Made by a program: the position numbers and the translations under genes. The notes beneath the pieces were generated by a model. The model made no database searches, had not been told where the DNA came from, and saw only the letters and a list, made by a program, of their open reading frames with translations. Shown in pieces: positions 7,871-18,004 of a stretch of DNA of 64,000 nucleotides (its first letter is position 1; each line of letters starts with the position of its first letter). The stretch spans positions 95,465-159,464 of the forward strand of contig CAVZJV010000005.1 in assembly GCA_963775685.1 (NCBI GenBank), read 5' to 3'. Source of the stretch: Candidatus Bathyarchaeota archaeon. Lineage in GTDB: Archaea > Thermoproteota > Bathyarchaeia > Bathyarchaeales > Bathycorpusculaceae.

Positions 7871-7979
7871 TTTAACTCTAAAATCTATAGAATTAGAGAG
7901 ACGTTGATTTAATAGCAAAAAACTATTAAGAGTTTTAGCGATTAAATAGGCTGTTCCATATATGAAAGAAAAAAAGGGG

Positions 7980-8393
7980 TTATCCTTGCGTTTTCAGTTT
8001 TTTCCAGTCAAGATACGAAATAACAACCAATATTACTGTCCAGATTGCCCAGAAGGCGAAGGCGGGACTGATAAAATACAGTGGCAAAGCTATTACGCGG
8101 TTAGCAATTGAAGCAGCTATTACCAGCAGAGGAGCCCAAGCAAGTTTCTTTAGCAGCCCAAACAAAGCCACACCATACACGGCTGAAACTAATAGCAGAA
8201 TCACAGTTCCCGCAATCAACGCACTATAATTGCCTATAACAGTTGCGATATAGCCTGTGTTTAGTGAAGAGTCTCGAGAAGCAGCGTTAACCCACCAGAA
8301 TGCTACGTTGCCGATGTCACCGATTATGTTGATGGCAACAAAAATGATCAAGACTGTGTGCAATTTATCTAATTTTTCAATCTTTGTTTTCAT
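7980..8393 (-). CDS. Four-TM membrane protein
   Basis: Hydrophobic helices, 137 aa. Confidence 0.8.
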   Translation of the reverse strand: MKTKIEKLDKLHTVLIIFVAINIIGDIGNVAFWWVNAASRDSSLNTGYIATVIGNYSALIAGTVILLLVSAVYGVALFGLLKKLAWAPLLVIAASIANRVIALPLYFISPAFAFWAIWTVILVVISYLDWKKLKTQG

Positions 8394-8440
8394 AGATTAC
8401 CGTTTCGCCCTCTTCTATATTTAAAACTTGCTAGCAGATG

Positions 8441-10294
8441 CTAACTTCCCATCATGGAGTAGTCCACTTGGTAGATGCGCAGGTTGCTATCAGAGTAGAC
8501 AGTTGTCAAAAACCCCACAGAGTCAAAATGCGATATACAATTTGATGTGTAGTAGCTGATTTCTTCGTTACCGACATACACATAAGACACGTTGAATTCT
8601 CGAATTACCGACGCTAATTCTGTTATAGTACCATTGTAAGCTGAGTCGATTTCTTTTTCGCGCTGCCACACTTGATCCAAAGGTATTCCATGACCATATG
8701 GCCAATAAATATACGACGACACTCGCACCCGACCCGCAATCATAGTTGGAGGCTCATGAATACCATAATAAGTCAAAAACACCGAGTTCTGCGGCGTGTT
8801 GTCCCGAACCCACAAACCAAGTTGGTATTCACTCCAACTAACACCTGTGTAGTCGGTCCCAACATTGTATACTATAACGCTCGATGTTGTGATGACTGAA
8901 AACAAAACCAACGCCACCACCAAAATACGCCTGGTTTTAGCCAACATGATGCCGCTAAGCACTGCGATGAGTACCCAGGCAAACATGAAGAACTTGTACA
9001 TGTCCCAGCTCCAAGGCGTCAACAAAAGCATATTTGGAATTAAGAAAAGTATCAACAGAGTGATTTTGAGGTATTGGTGTCCGCGTTTGAAGAAAGAGAT
9101 GATTGCCAAGGCAAAGGGGATTCCTAGATTTAGTGGGTAAAAAACAAAGGGATTATTATGAACATAGGTGGCAAAAAAGTCCAGGTTAAAACTAATCGAG
9201 AACGATGACCCGCTAAAAAGGATGAAAGGCAAGGCAAAGATAGTGGGTAACAAAAAATACAGGTAACTAAGTTTGATTTTGCGTAGGTTAATCAGCAGAC
9301 AAATGGCGTAGACGACGTAGCAACAGAAGAACGCAACATTGTGGAATTCATACGCTAAACCTGTCAAGACTCCTGCGAGAATTAAGCGATTTCTGTCATC
9401 CATATCCCGTAGCAAAGCCAGAACCAAAGCAAACGCTGGCAACCCAATAAGCAAGGGGCGCTGCTGCAAGAGATTATCAAACATTGAGGGCAACCCAAAG
9501 GTTTGGCCAAACTGATAGATGTAATTCTGCGTTGGAGTAAACGTGCCATTGAGAAGGGCTGAGAACAAACCTAAATAGCTCAATCCCCAACCGAAAACGC
9601 TGATAACTGTAGCAACAACTGCCGCCCGCCGACCATAAGGTCGCGCCAACGCGTAAACCGCAAAACCAAAAAACAGAATGAACAAAGCATTAAGGACAGG
9701 CATCAAGGTAGGCAGGTATCCGTAGACTTTTTCAAGGATAGCCGTATGGAAGTCGACAAAGTAGTGGTAGCTAAGAGGTGTACCCAAATAGTTTGGGTTT
9801 TGAGGTGGGAAGTTGCCGTTGTTTAAGCTTTCGATAATTTCGTAATGGAAAGGTGTGTCCTGCCAGTTAGAGCCCGTGACGACTATGCCGTACTGGTCGC
9901 CCCGCCAAACACTGAGACCCAACAAGGCAATTGAAACAAGAAATATAACTGCGAAGAGAAGCAAGCTGGTTTTCTTAATCTGTCTCACTTTAAAAAACAT
10001 CTGGGGTTTTAGTGGTTCGCCCTTCTTGTAAACTACCCAAGCATACAACGTTGTTAAAGCCAGAAAACAAACGAGTATAGTTTGGCTTGAGTAACCTGCT
10101 GCCAACGACGCGTAATAGATGAGTTGGACGGACACTAAAACACTAAAGAGAGGTATAAAAGCCCATGTTTCATAGGATTTCAAGCGGAAAAAACGGATAC
10201 CAATTAGACCTGGAACCAGAAAAGTGAAGAGAAAGGCGGCCACAAGACCAACGATGAATGAACCAAACCCCGCAGAAGTCAACACTAAAAACAC
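8441..10294 (-). CDS. Polytopic GT-C-like membrane protein (YYY/DUF2298-like putative glycosyltransferase)
   Basis: Many TM helices; D.PFH...FPPQNP..G.PLSYHYF loop; soluble C-terminus with WVRDNTP and YVYVG..E. Confidence 0.75.
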   Translation of the reverse strand: MFLVLTSAGFGSFIVGLVAAFLFTFLVPGLIGIRFFRLKSYETWAFIPLFSVLVSVQLIYYASLAAGYSSQTILVCFLALTTLYAWVVYKKGEPLKPQMFFKVRQIKKTSLLLFAVIFLVSIALLGLSVWRGDQYGIVVTGSNWQDTPFHYEIIESLNNGNFPPQNPNYLGTPLSYHYFVDFHTAILEKVYGYLPTLMPVLNALFILFFGFAVYALARPYGRRAAVVATVISVFGWGLSYLGLFSALLNGTFTPTQNYIYQFGQTFGLPSMFDNLLQQRPLLIGLPAFALVLALLRDMDDRNRLILAGVLTGLAYEFHNVAFFCCYVVYAICLLINLRKIKLSYLYFLLPTIFALPFILFSGSSFSISFNLDFFATYVHNNPFVFYPLNLGIPFALAIISFFKRGHQYLKITLLILFLIPNMLLLTPWSWDMYKFFMFAWVLIAVLSGIMLAKTRRILVVALVLFSVITTSSVIVYNVGTDYTGVSWSEYQLGLWVRDNTPQNSVFLTYYGIHEPPTMIAGRVRVSSYIYWPYGHGIPLDQVWQREKEIDSAYNGTITELASVIREFNVSYVYVGNEEISYYTSNCISHFDSVGFLTTVYSDSNLRIYQVDYSMMGS

Positions 10295-10527
10295 TAAAAC
10301 AAGCCAATATTTTTTCAGAAACGCTGAGTAAGGTGCTTTCGCAGTGATTTTCCTGTTCCCCTTCGCCTCGAATTGGTAACAGTTAATTGTTTACTGAAAT
10401 GTATTAAGATTGCCGCAGAATTATTTTTCGCTCTGGCTTCTTTATCGTCTTAGAGCTACTTGTTCATTGCAAAATCCGAGAAAGCTTAATTAACTGAATT
10501 ATCGTGTATGTGTTGCGGCGCTTAGTT

Positions 10528-10605
10528 GCCCAGGTAGTATAGTTAGGTCTAGTATATGCGGCTGTCGCCCGCAGGACCCGGGTCCAAATCCCGGCCTGGG
10601 CGCCA
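10528..10605 (+). tRNA. tRNA-Asp(GTC)
   Basis: GCCCAGG/CCTGGGC acceptor stem, anticodon arm TGCGG-CTGTCGC-CCGCA, encoded CCA; T-loop reads TCCAAAT. Confidence 0.95.
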
Positions 10606-10715
10606 TCTCTTCTTCACTTCTAACCACAGACGTTTACTTGGGGGATTTTTAATACAAATAATTACTCAATATTTCCTTTTCACAAATGATAAATCAAGCT
10701 TGAAACAACGAGTAT

Positions 10716-10916
10716 ATGATTGTCATGGAACATCAAGTAGAAATTCCCTGTGCCTCCTGTCAATCATGGAACGGCAAACATAAAAAATTTTTCTGCAATC
10801 CTAACTCCTGCAAAGAACTGGCTGCATGGCTACTTGAACATGGTCATCAACCAAGCACGACTACGGCGCAAATACAGGTACGACTACCAGAAAACGCACT
10901 TCAATATCTGGTCTAG
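10716..10916 (+). CDS. Small Cys-containing hypothetical protein
   Basis: PCASC...CNPNSC..L..WL. Confidence 0.6.
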   Translation: MIVMEHQVEIPCASCQSWNGKHKKFFCNPNSCKELAAWLLEHGHQPSTTTAQIQVRLPENALQYLV

Positions 10917-11124
10917 TCACAAATCGAATCTCAACTCAGTTATAGTTGAGCGCCTTTCTTCAAGTATAATTTAAAGATTAGAGTTTCTTTATACACTCAC
11001 AGGTCTTGTTTTGCCCTACACCTTTAGGAGTAACTAATCATTGATTTTAGCTAAACTAATTAAATTATTGAGTGCAATTTTACATTTTGAATTTTCTTTT
11101 TTAGAAAACTTTTTATGAATACAA

Positions 11125-11712
11125 ATGCCCAGAACAAAAGAAGCAAACCAACAAATCCACGAACAACAACAAACAAAAATCCTCCAAGCAGCCACAAAAG
11201 TTTTCGCAGAAAAAGGCAAAGCAGCCACCATGGCTGACGTAGTCGCTCAAGCACAAGTCAGCCAGGGCTTAGCTTATCGGTACTTTGAAAGCCATGGTAA
11301 AACAAGCAGCCAAACGGGTGGTGGACCAGCCCACCGCATAAAGCAAATTCACGGAACCCCCGGCACCCGCCTATCAATTCTAGTTTCACACATCTTAAAG
11401 GACAGACAAGAAAAACCTGGACACTACCAACTCTTTAATCAAGTTTTGGCTGATGACTCAACACCTTATGGGCTACGGCAACTCATACTAAAAAATAATC
11501 ATATTATCCAAGACATAATTCGTCAGCTAATAGTAGAAGGTCAAGAATCAGGTGAAATCGCCAAAGATGACCCAGACCAGTTGACGGCAGCATTGATGGC
11601 ATGTTTCGAGTGGTTGCTCAAAAGAAACAGCCGGCTTGACCCCACACGTGCAAAAGAATATTTTCCCGACGCTAAAATTATTCTACGAATGCTTAAGCCA
11701 GATCTAAAGTAA
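11125..11712 (+). CDS. TetR/AcrR family regulator (apparent short internal deletion after the HTH)
   Basis: ILQAATKVFAEKG..ATMADVVAQAQVSQGLAYRYF. Confidence 0.85.
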   Translation: MPRTKEANQQIHEQQQTKILQAATKVFAEKGKAATMADVVAQAQVSQGLAYRYFESHGKTSSQTGGGPAHRIKQIHGTPGTRLSILVSHILKDRQEKPGHYQLFNQVLADDSTPYGLRQLILKNNHIIQDIIRQLIVEGQESGEIAKDDPDQLTAALMACFEWLLKRNSRLDPTRAKEYFPDAKIILRMLKPDLK

Positions 11713-11723
11713 GGTGTAAAGCA

Positions 11724-12763
11724 ATGATTCGAAGGGGAGTAAGCTACGATGTGGGTCGTGTTTACTATTTCAATTGGCGCCCAGTTTTTGAGCCAAAGGT
11801 TGTGCATCGTGAGCTTGAAATCACCAAAAACGATTTGCATTGTAATGCCATCAGAATCTGCAGTTTCAGCATTGACCGGTTGGTGATTGCTGCCGAGGAT
11901 GCTTTGAGGCAGGGACTGGAAATTTGGTTGTCGCCTGAGATGTGGGATAAAAGACCCCAGCAAACAATTGATTATCTAATTAAAGCGGCTTTAGCAGCAG
12001 AAAAACTGCGCCTGTCATGGCCTGACAAAATAGTATTCAGCGTAGGTTCAGAGCTAACGCTTTTTTTGCGAGGCATCATAGAAGGCAAGAACGTTGGGAA
12101 GCGAATTGGGAACCTAAGAACTGGGCAAAAATCAAGGAGGGAGAATACAACAAGCAGCTCAACGAATTCTTGGCAAAAGCAACCACAGCGGTAAGGAAAT
12201 AATTTCACGGAAACTCACTTACACGTCGCTGATTTGGGAAGCTGTTGATTGGAGACTCTTTGATTTGTAGGCGTAGACCATACCGAGTCGCCCAAATTAA
12301 AGATAGGTATATACAGATGCTAAAACCCCTGTTTGCGTTTGGCAAGCCAATTGTCATCACCGAATTTGGGTAAACCTACCAAGAAGCAGCAATCACTCCC
12401 GAGGGCATAGGCGGAGACATAGTCGATCATAAATCAGAGTTCCTTCACCATCTACCGTTGTTGGGACGATTTGTTCGCCCAAAAATAAAAGGCACTATAT
12501 ACGCGACGAGGAATCACAAGCACTAGAACTTGTCGACCAACTCAGCGTACTGGATAAAGCAGCAGGTGTGAATGAGCTTTCATCATGACCTTTGTCTCAA
12601 CGCTCTCCACTTTCGACGACAACCCCAAATATGACCTTGACATGGCAAGCTACAGCATAGTCAAAAGCTATGGCGGCAATAGACATGGCCTAACTTACCC
12701 TAATATGACCTGAGAACCCAAAGAATCTTTCAAGGCAGCAGCCGAATACTATGCAAACATTAG
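11724..12763 (+). pseudogene. Frameshifted TIM-barrel/glycoside-hydrolase-like protein (family often labelled abortive infection protein)
   Basis: RGVSYDVG...RELE....DLHCNAIRI...GLEIWLSP; downstream GKPIVITEFG and EPKESF fragments in shifted frames, with an in-frame stop. Confidence 0.65.
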
Positions 12764-12969
12764 AAAAAGAGAAGACGTCAGTTTTAAATCAGGCAACAGT
12801 TAAGTTCTGATTTTGTTTTAGGTCTACTATTATCGACACTACCAAATCATTCCACTAAAAATGATTCAACAAAATCGAGACTTTGAAAAAACACAGAAAA
12901 GCAACCGTTTTTGGCATTTTCATGTAGAAAAAACCATATGAGACAACAGTTACATTAATCCAAGCATAC

Positions 12970-14313
12970 ATGATGCTAATCCAAAAACCACAAAATTTAA
13001 CAAACCCAAACAACTGGCTAGTCGATATTATAAATAAAGTCAACAGCAATGCCATCGACCAGCAGCAAATAACAATGCGTGCCAGAAACGACAGTCTCTG
13101 TGTCCTTTGCAAAGGCGCACGAGCACTGTGTGGTAAAACCCGATGCCCGATAATGGTCAAAGTAAACTATTTCCTCAAAAGCGCCCCATTAATGGCAACT
13201 GAAGATATCGATGGCAGCTCACCGCCAAGCGTTTTTATCGGAAGAATCGGATACCCTAACGTTTACGTTGGGCCCCTTGTACCACCCGTTCATGAGGATA
13301 CAAGCATTTACGATTTGCCCGAGCAGTGGTTTGGAAAATCCATGGATGAGATCGTGGGTTTCCGCAGTTTACTTATTCGCGGAAAGCATCGGGTTAATGT
13401 CCAGAAGTTTATAGGTGAAGGCAAGATTTTGGATCAGACATGTGAATTAGCCCTGGCTGACAGCAGCGTAGACATCGAACTTAACCTCACAAAAAAACCC
13501 AAAGGCTCTATTTTTCTTGATGACAACGTACAACCTTTCGGTCCCTCAGCACCCATTCGCGACCTTCACGTTGGCAACGCACGCTACGACGACAAAATAG
13601 AGAAAGCATATTATGACACTGATTTGCGAGCGACACAAGCAGTAATAGACCTCTACAATAGAGGCGTCTTAGTATCCAAAATTCAGAAAGCCTTCAGCGT
13701 AGGTGCATTTGGAATAGAAAAGAAGCGGCGCCTTGTTCCAACGCGATGGAGCATAACGGCGGTCGACGACATCTTATCTAAGAACCTTAAAGAAAAAGTC
13801 AAAACGTTCCCAGAAATTAATGAGTACCGCGTCTATGAATCCATCTATATGGACAATGTTTTTGAGATTTTAATGATCCCCCAGCAGTGGAGCTACGAGT
13901 CCATGGAAGCATGGTACCCAGGCACAGTTTGGAACCCAGCAGGAACCAACATCGCAATCTTCTCCGATTGGGAAGGCAACAGTGGACGCACAACCTATGC
14001 TCAAATCGGTGGCTGCTACTACTCCGCGCGCTTAGCCGTCTGCGAACAACTAATAAGAGAAAGACGACAAGCGACGGCAATAGTACTCAGAGAAGCCCGC
14101 CCAGGGTACATAATGCCAATCGGCGTATGGCAAGTCCGCGAAAACGTACGAAATGCCATGCACCAAAAACCCTACATGTTCAAAAACCTCGCAGAATCAC
14201 TACAATTTATCAGCAGCAGGTTCGAGATTCCAATGCAGCAATGGATATCGCAAAGCGAATTGTTAAAGAGAGCATTATTTCAGAAAAAAATAACCGATTT
14301 CTTTAAGAGCTGA
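12970..14313 (+). CDS. nreA: Archaeal DNA repair protein Nre
   Basis: LCVLCKG...CGKTRCP, GSSPPSVFIGRIGYP, RRLVPTRWSITAVD; C-terminal PIP box QKKITDFF. Confidence 0.93.
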   Translation: MMLIQKPQNLTNPNNWLVDIINKVNSNAIDQQQITMRARNDSLCVLCKGARALCGKTRCPIMVKVNYFLKSAPLMATEDIDGSSPPSVFIGRIGYPNVYVGPLVPPVHEDTSIYDLPEQWFGKSMDEIVGFRSLLIRGKHRVNVQKFIGEGKILDQTCELALADSSVDIELNLTKKPKGSIFLDDNVQPFGPSAPIRDLHVGNARYDDKIEKAYYDTDLRATQAVIDLYNRGVLVSKIQKAFSVGAFGIEKKRRLVPTRWSITAVDDILSKNLKEKVKTFPEINEYRVYESIYMDNVFEILMIPQQWSYESMEAWYPGTVWNPAGTNIAIFSDWEGNSGRTTYAQIGGCYYSARLAVCEQLIRERRQATAIVLREARPGYIMPIGVWQVRENVRNAMHQKPYMFKNLAESLQFISSRFEIPMQQWISQSELLKRALFQKKITDFFKS

Positions 14314-14364
14314 CCGATGGCAACTTTTAAAAAAAGCATTAAGTCTATACCTTGACAGACAGTT

Positions 14365-15978
14365 ATGTTAACCTCTGCAACAAAACGGTTCATTCTTCCC
14401 TTCTCAAACCAAAAGCAAAATCTGCCCGAGACCGAGGCAGCAGCCGTTTTTGCCGTTGCAGATTTTGAAAGAAGCAAACGCGGAGGCTTTTTAAATAAGC
14501 AACTTGAAGAAAAATTGGTTTTTATATCGATGATTTTCTATCCCATATGGCTGTTTCCTGAAAACACTATGGGATTTGTTTTCGACGGTTTTGGCGATTC
14601 CAGCTATCGCGTGTCTTATGTTGAACTCCCACCTGTTAAACAATTCATAGAAAGCTTTGAAGCAAATTCTATACCTATAGAAAATTATGCAGCATTCCTC
14701 TCAGATCACACCAACTACTTCCAACAATCCATTAAAGAGAAACAGTATGTGTTTAGGGGCTTAATCGCTGATTTGGATTTTAAGAATGAGTTTAATGTTT
14801 ACCGCAAGGAAGCAACAGAAATAATTTCACAGCCAGGAGCAATACTTTCATTAACCCTTGAAGAAACGACAATTTACTCTATGCTATCAGAATTTGACAA
14901 ATTGCGGCTATCTTTTAGGGAAGAAGATGAAAAACTTTTAGAATACACAAGGCGCATAAACAAAACAACAAAGCAATACCTAACCGAACTCGACTATGAA
15001 ACAGCTGCCGCAAAAGAAGAAGCCGACGCTAAAATCAAAGCACAAGAAGAACTCGTTAATCCCCAAGTAGCTAAATTGAACAAGGAGTACAACCGCAAAA
15101 TCAAGGATTTGACCGAAAGCTTCTATGAGGAAATGGAGAGTCTAAAAAAAAGCAGGACAAAAACTTTAAAATCCATAGAAATCTGTGAACTAAAAATTAA
15201 GAGCTACGAACGCGAGGCAAAAGCTCAAGCTATAAAAAAACATGCAATTTATGAGAAAAGATGGAAGGAAAAAATCAAGCAAACAAAAAAGGACCTGAAA
15301 AGCCTCAGAAAAGAAATAAAGAATATAGAGAGACCCCTTAAAAAAATAAGCAAACAAAAAACACAGGGGATTTACGAATTAGATGTTGAACTTGATGCTG
15401 AAATCAAGTTAGTTCGACAACCACTGCAACAACTTGAGGTCACCCTTAAAGACAAAATACTTTTCTTCAAACAGGAAACCGAAAAACTTCTCAAAAAAGA
15501 AAAACCTGTCCTTGAAAGTCTCAGCAAAAGCATCAAATTAAGGGAAGACAACAAAGCCATGTTTGAAGGGTTGGGAATTCAGAGTGTAGACTTGAAGGGT
15601 CCAGCTCTGTTTTACGTTCCATTTTATGTGGCAGGCTATGAAACTGGCCTGACAAGGCGCTACTATATGCTGCCGCCTTCAACGATTGCAGCACTAGATT
15701 TTTCGGCCAAGCTCAAAGGAGCCTTTGGTTTGTCAAAAATCAGAGAGCTTTTTGTGCCACGCTACAAATCAATTTCTAGCTTAATTAGCAATGTTCAAGT
15801 TTTAACCAGGCAAAACAGCATGTTTGAAAGCCAGATGTATAATTTATGTTATAGAAACAATCTATTGAACAACAGTTTGTTCATGGAAAATGTTCAGAAA
15901 GGGTTGGTTTACCTGAATCATCTGGGAAGGCTCTCAGACAAGGACCAGAAGGTTTTAAGCAACCGATCAACAGCATAA
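14365..15978 (+). CDS. Hypothetical long coiled-coil protein
   Basis: 537-aa ORF with central heptads; YPIW and YVPFY motifs. Confidence 0.85.
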   Translation: MLTSATKRFILPFSNQKQNLPETEAAAVFAVADFERSKRGGFLNKQLEEKLVFISMIFYPIWLFPENTMGFVFDGFGDSSYRVSYVELPPVKQFIESFEANSIPIENYAAFLSDHTNYFQQSIKEKQYVFRGLIADLDFKNEFNVYRKEATEIISQPGAILSLTLEETTIYSMLSEFDKLRLSFREEDEKLLEYTRRINKTTKQYLTELDYETAAAKEEADAKIKAQEELVNPQVAKLNKEYNRKIKDLTESFYEEMESLKKSRTKTLKSIEICELKIKSYEREAKAQAIKKHAIYEKRWKEKIKQTKKDLKSLRKEIKNIERPLKKISKQKTQGIYELDVELDAEIKLVRQPLQQLEVTLKDKILFFKQETEKLLKKEKPVLESLSKSIKLREDNKAMFEGLGIQSVDLKGPALFYVPFYVAGYETGLTRRYYMLPPSTIAALDFSAKLKGAFGLSKIRELFVPRYKSISSLISNVQVLTRQNSMFESQMYNLCYRNNLLNNSLFMENVQKGLVYLNHLGRLSDKDQKVLSNRSTA

Positions 15979-16059
15979 TGCTTGTATGTTCAAAAAACTT
16001 ATTGTACTCCTCATAGAAGATATTACATGCGTTAACGTGCCATTTATTGCAGTTGAAAG

Positions 16060-16764
16060 GTGATTATTGTGGCGGAAAGCAAAGACTATATATTGAAAGT
16101 TTCGAACCTTGGCGTAAAACTACAAAATCAAATCTTACTAGACCATATCACCTTCAACGTTAAGAAGGGAACAACATTAGCTATCCTTGGACCCAACGGG
16201 GCGGGGAAAACAATCTTGCTCAAAACACTTCTAAACCTTGTTTCCCACACTGGATCCATGGAGTGGACTGAAAAAGTTAAAATCGGCTACGTGCCCCAAT
16301 ACGTCGCTGTTTCGGATATTCCAATGTCGGTTAGAGAGTTTCTTTCAATCGGAAATGGGGCTGATGTAGAAAACGCGCTAAAAAAGGTAAGATTAAACGA
16401 CAATAGCATCTTGAACAAACGTTTAGGAGTACTCTCGGGCGGGCAGTTGAGACGAGTTTTGATTGCTTGGGCATTAAACGACAACCCCAACGTGCTGCTT
16501 TTGGATGAACCCACAACCGGCGTGGACATGGATAGTGAAGAACCAATCTATCTAATGCTTAACGAAATCAAGAAATTCCAGAAAATAACGATTTTCCTAA
16601 TAACGCACAACATCCACATCGTCCAAGAATACGCGGATGCTTTACTGGCGATAAATAAATGCGTAACCTTCTGTGGAGCAGCATCAGAAATAGCTAAACC
16701 AGACATTCAAAGACAGATTTATGGCGAAACAGTCTGCGTGGAAACAGAAAGAGGAGAAAACTAA
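16060..16764 (+). CDS. znuC: Zn/Mn ABC transporter ATP-binding protein
   Basis: GPNGAGKT, GYVPQ, LSGGQ, LLDEP, ITH. Confidence 0.9.
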   Translation: MIIVAESKDYILKVSNLGVKLQNQILLDHITFNVKKGTTLAILGPNGAGKTILLKTLLNLVSHTGSMEWTEKVKIGYVPQYVAVSDIPMSVREFLSIGNGADVENALKKVRLNDNSILNKRLGVLSGGQLRRVLIAWALNDNPNVLLLDEPTTGVDMDSEEPIYLMLNEIKKFQKITIFLITHNIHIVQEYADALLAINKCVTFCGAASEIAKPDIQRQIYGETVCVETERGEN

Positions 16765-16768
16765 GCGC

Positions 16769-17575
16769 ATGCTCGACACCACACTCTACAGCCTGTTTCT
16801 ATCAATTTTCGTCGGCGTCGCCACAGGCTACTTGGGGTCACTGATGGTTCTCGAGAAGATGGCGCTAGTTGGCGATGCACTCTCACACGTTGCCCTTCCA
16901 GGCTTAGCTATTGGGATTACGTTTCATTTTGACCCGTTCCTTGGCGCTTTTGCCTTTTTGTTTGTTTCAGCAGCTATAATTTGGCAAATTCAAAGGACAA
17001 CAAAAATCTCTTTCGAAGCGCTCGTCGGCGCAATGTTTACTTTGGCATTGGCAATCGGTATTCTGATCTACGGGGATAATTTAGATGCGCTTGAGGCAGC
17101 TCTTTTCGGCGACATCTCCCAAGTTACCCTACAAAGCACTACGATCGCTGTAGCAGTTTGTGTTGTAGCCATCATCCTCACTAAATTAATCTATGACAAA
17201 CTTGTTTTGGCAATGATTTCCGAGGACCTTGCAATCTCAAAAGGCATCAAAGTTGCAAGAGTAAACCTACTTTACCTTTTCCTTGTCTCCGTGGTCGTCG
17301 CCATCGGCATCCAAATAGTTGGAACATTGCTTGTTGGATTTCTAGTTATAGTGCCTGCGATAGCAGCTAAAAACTTGAGCTCCCACATGCGAAGATACTC
17401 GATGCTCAGCGCAGTTTTCGGTGCCGCCGCAGGGTTCTCAGGTGTATTTTTCTGGAGCGTCTTTTTTGGTCCAGGGACATCTATTCCATTCTCGGGTCCG
17501 CTGGTTGTTTTCTCAGGCATCATAATCTTCTCCGTAAGTATAGTTATTAACTGGAGATACAAGTTAACGACTTAG
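16769..17575 (+). CDS. znuB: Zn/Mn ABC transporter permease
   Basis: ALVGDALSHVALPG, LFGDI, VGTLLV; start at ATG 16769. Confidence 0.9.
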   Translation: MLDTTLYSLFLSIFVGVATGYLGSLMVLEKMALVGDALSHVALPGLAIGITFHFDPFLGAFAFLFVSAAIIWQIQRTTKISFEALVGAMFTLALAIGILIYGDNLDALEAALFGDISQVTLQSTTIAVAVCVVAIILTKLIYDKLVLAMISEDLAISKGIKVARVNLLYLFLVSVVVAIGIQIVGTLLVGFLVIVPAIAAKNLSSHMRRYSMLSAVFGAAAGFSGVFFWSVFFGPGTSIPFSGPLVVFSGIIIFSVSIVINWRYKLTT

Positions 17576-17586
17576 GAGCGGAAAAA

Positions 17587-18000
17587 ATGAAGAAGTACAC
17601 GGGTAAAACCTCAACCGCCATAATACCCTACATAGGCAATAAGATTTTGCTGATTAAACGTAACACGATTCCATTTAAGGGGTACTGGGCGTTGCCTGGC
17701 GGCAGAATGGATCCTGGCGAAACCATCGAGCAAACCATAGTTAGGGAAGTAAAGGAGGAAACAGGACTCGACACCGTTATTGTAAGCAAATTGGGCGAGT
17801 ATGTTGAGAAAGGTGTTAAAGATGATGTTGAATACGAGTATTACCCGACGTGTTTTGTAGTTAAGCCTGTGAGCGGAGAAATCAAGAAGCAGGACAGCGA
17901 AATCCAGGAAATCAAGCTCTTCCACCTAAACGAGTTGCCTAAACCGTTGGCCTTTGAACATGACCAGATGATTAAGGATTACCTGCATCCATCAAAGTAA
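17587..18000 (+). CDS. NUDIX hydrolase
   Basis: Nudix box GGRMDPGETIEQTIVREVKEETG; LAFEH. Confidence 0.93.
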   Translation: MKKYTGKTSTAIIPYIGNKILLIKRNTIPFKGYWALPGGRMDPGETIEQTIVREVKEETGLDTVIVSKLGEYVEKGVKDDVEYEYYPTCFVVKPVSGEIKKQDSEIQEIKLFHLNELPKPLAFEHDQMIKDYLHPSK

Positions 18001-18004
18001 TGCC

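Larger units (their letters stand above)
1..7900. mobile_element. Integrated mobile element (provirus, plasmid or satellite-like); left end outside the window
   Basis: Tyrosine integrase at the right end, dense small orphan/Zn-finger/RHH ORFs and AT-rich composition. No GATC, CTAG, GGCC or CCGG found by eye up to ~8.3 kb, whereas they are common in the host region. Exact att site not found. Confidence 0.85.

Noticed and set aside
7900-10605. tRNA-Asp as the element's attachment site
   Set aside because: Two host-like genes intervene and no tRNA-Asp fragment is visible at the element edge.
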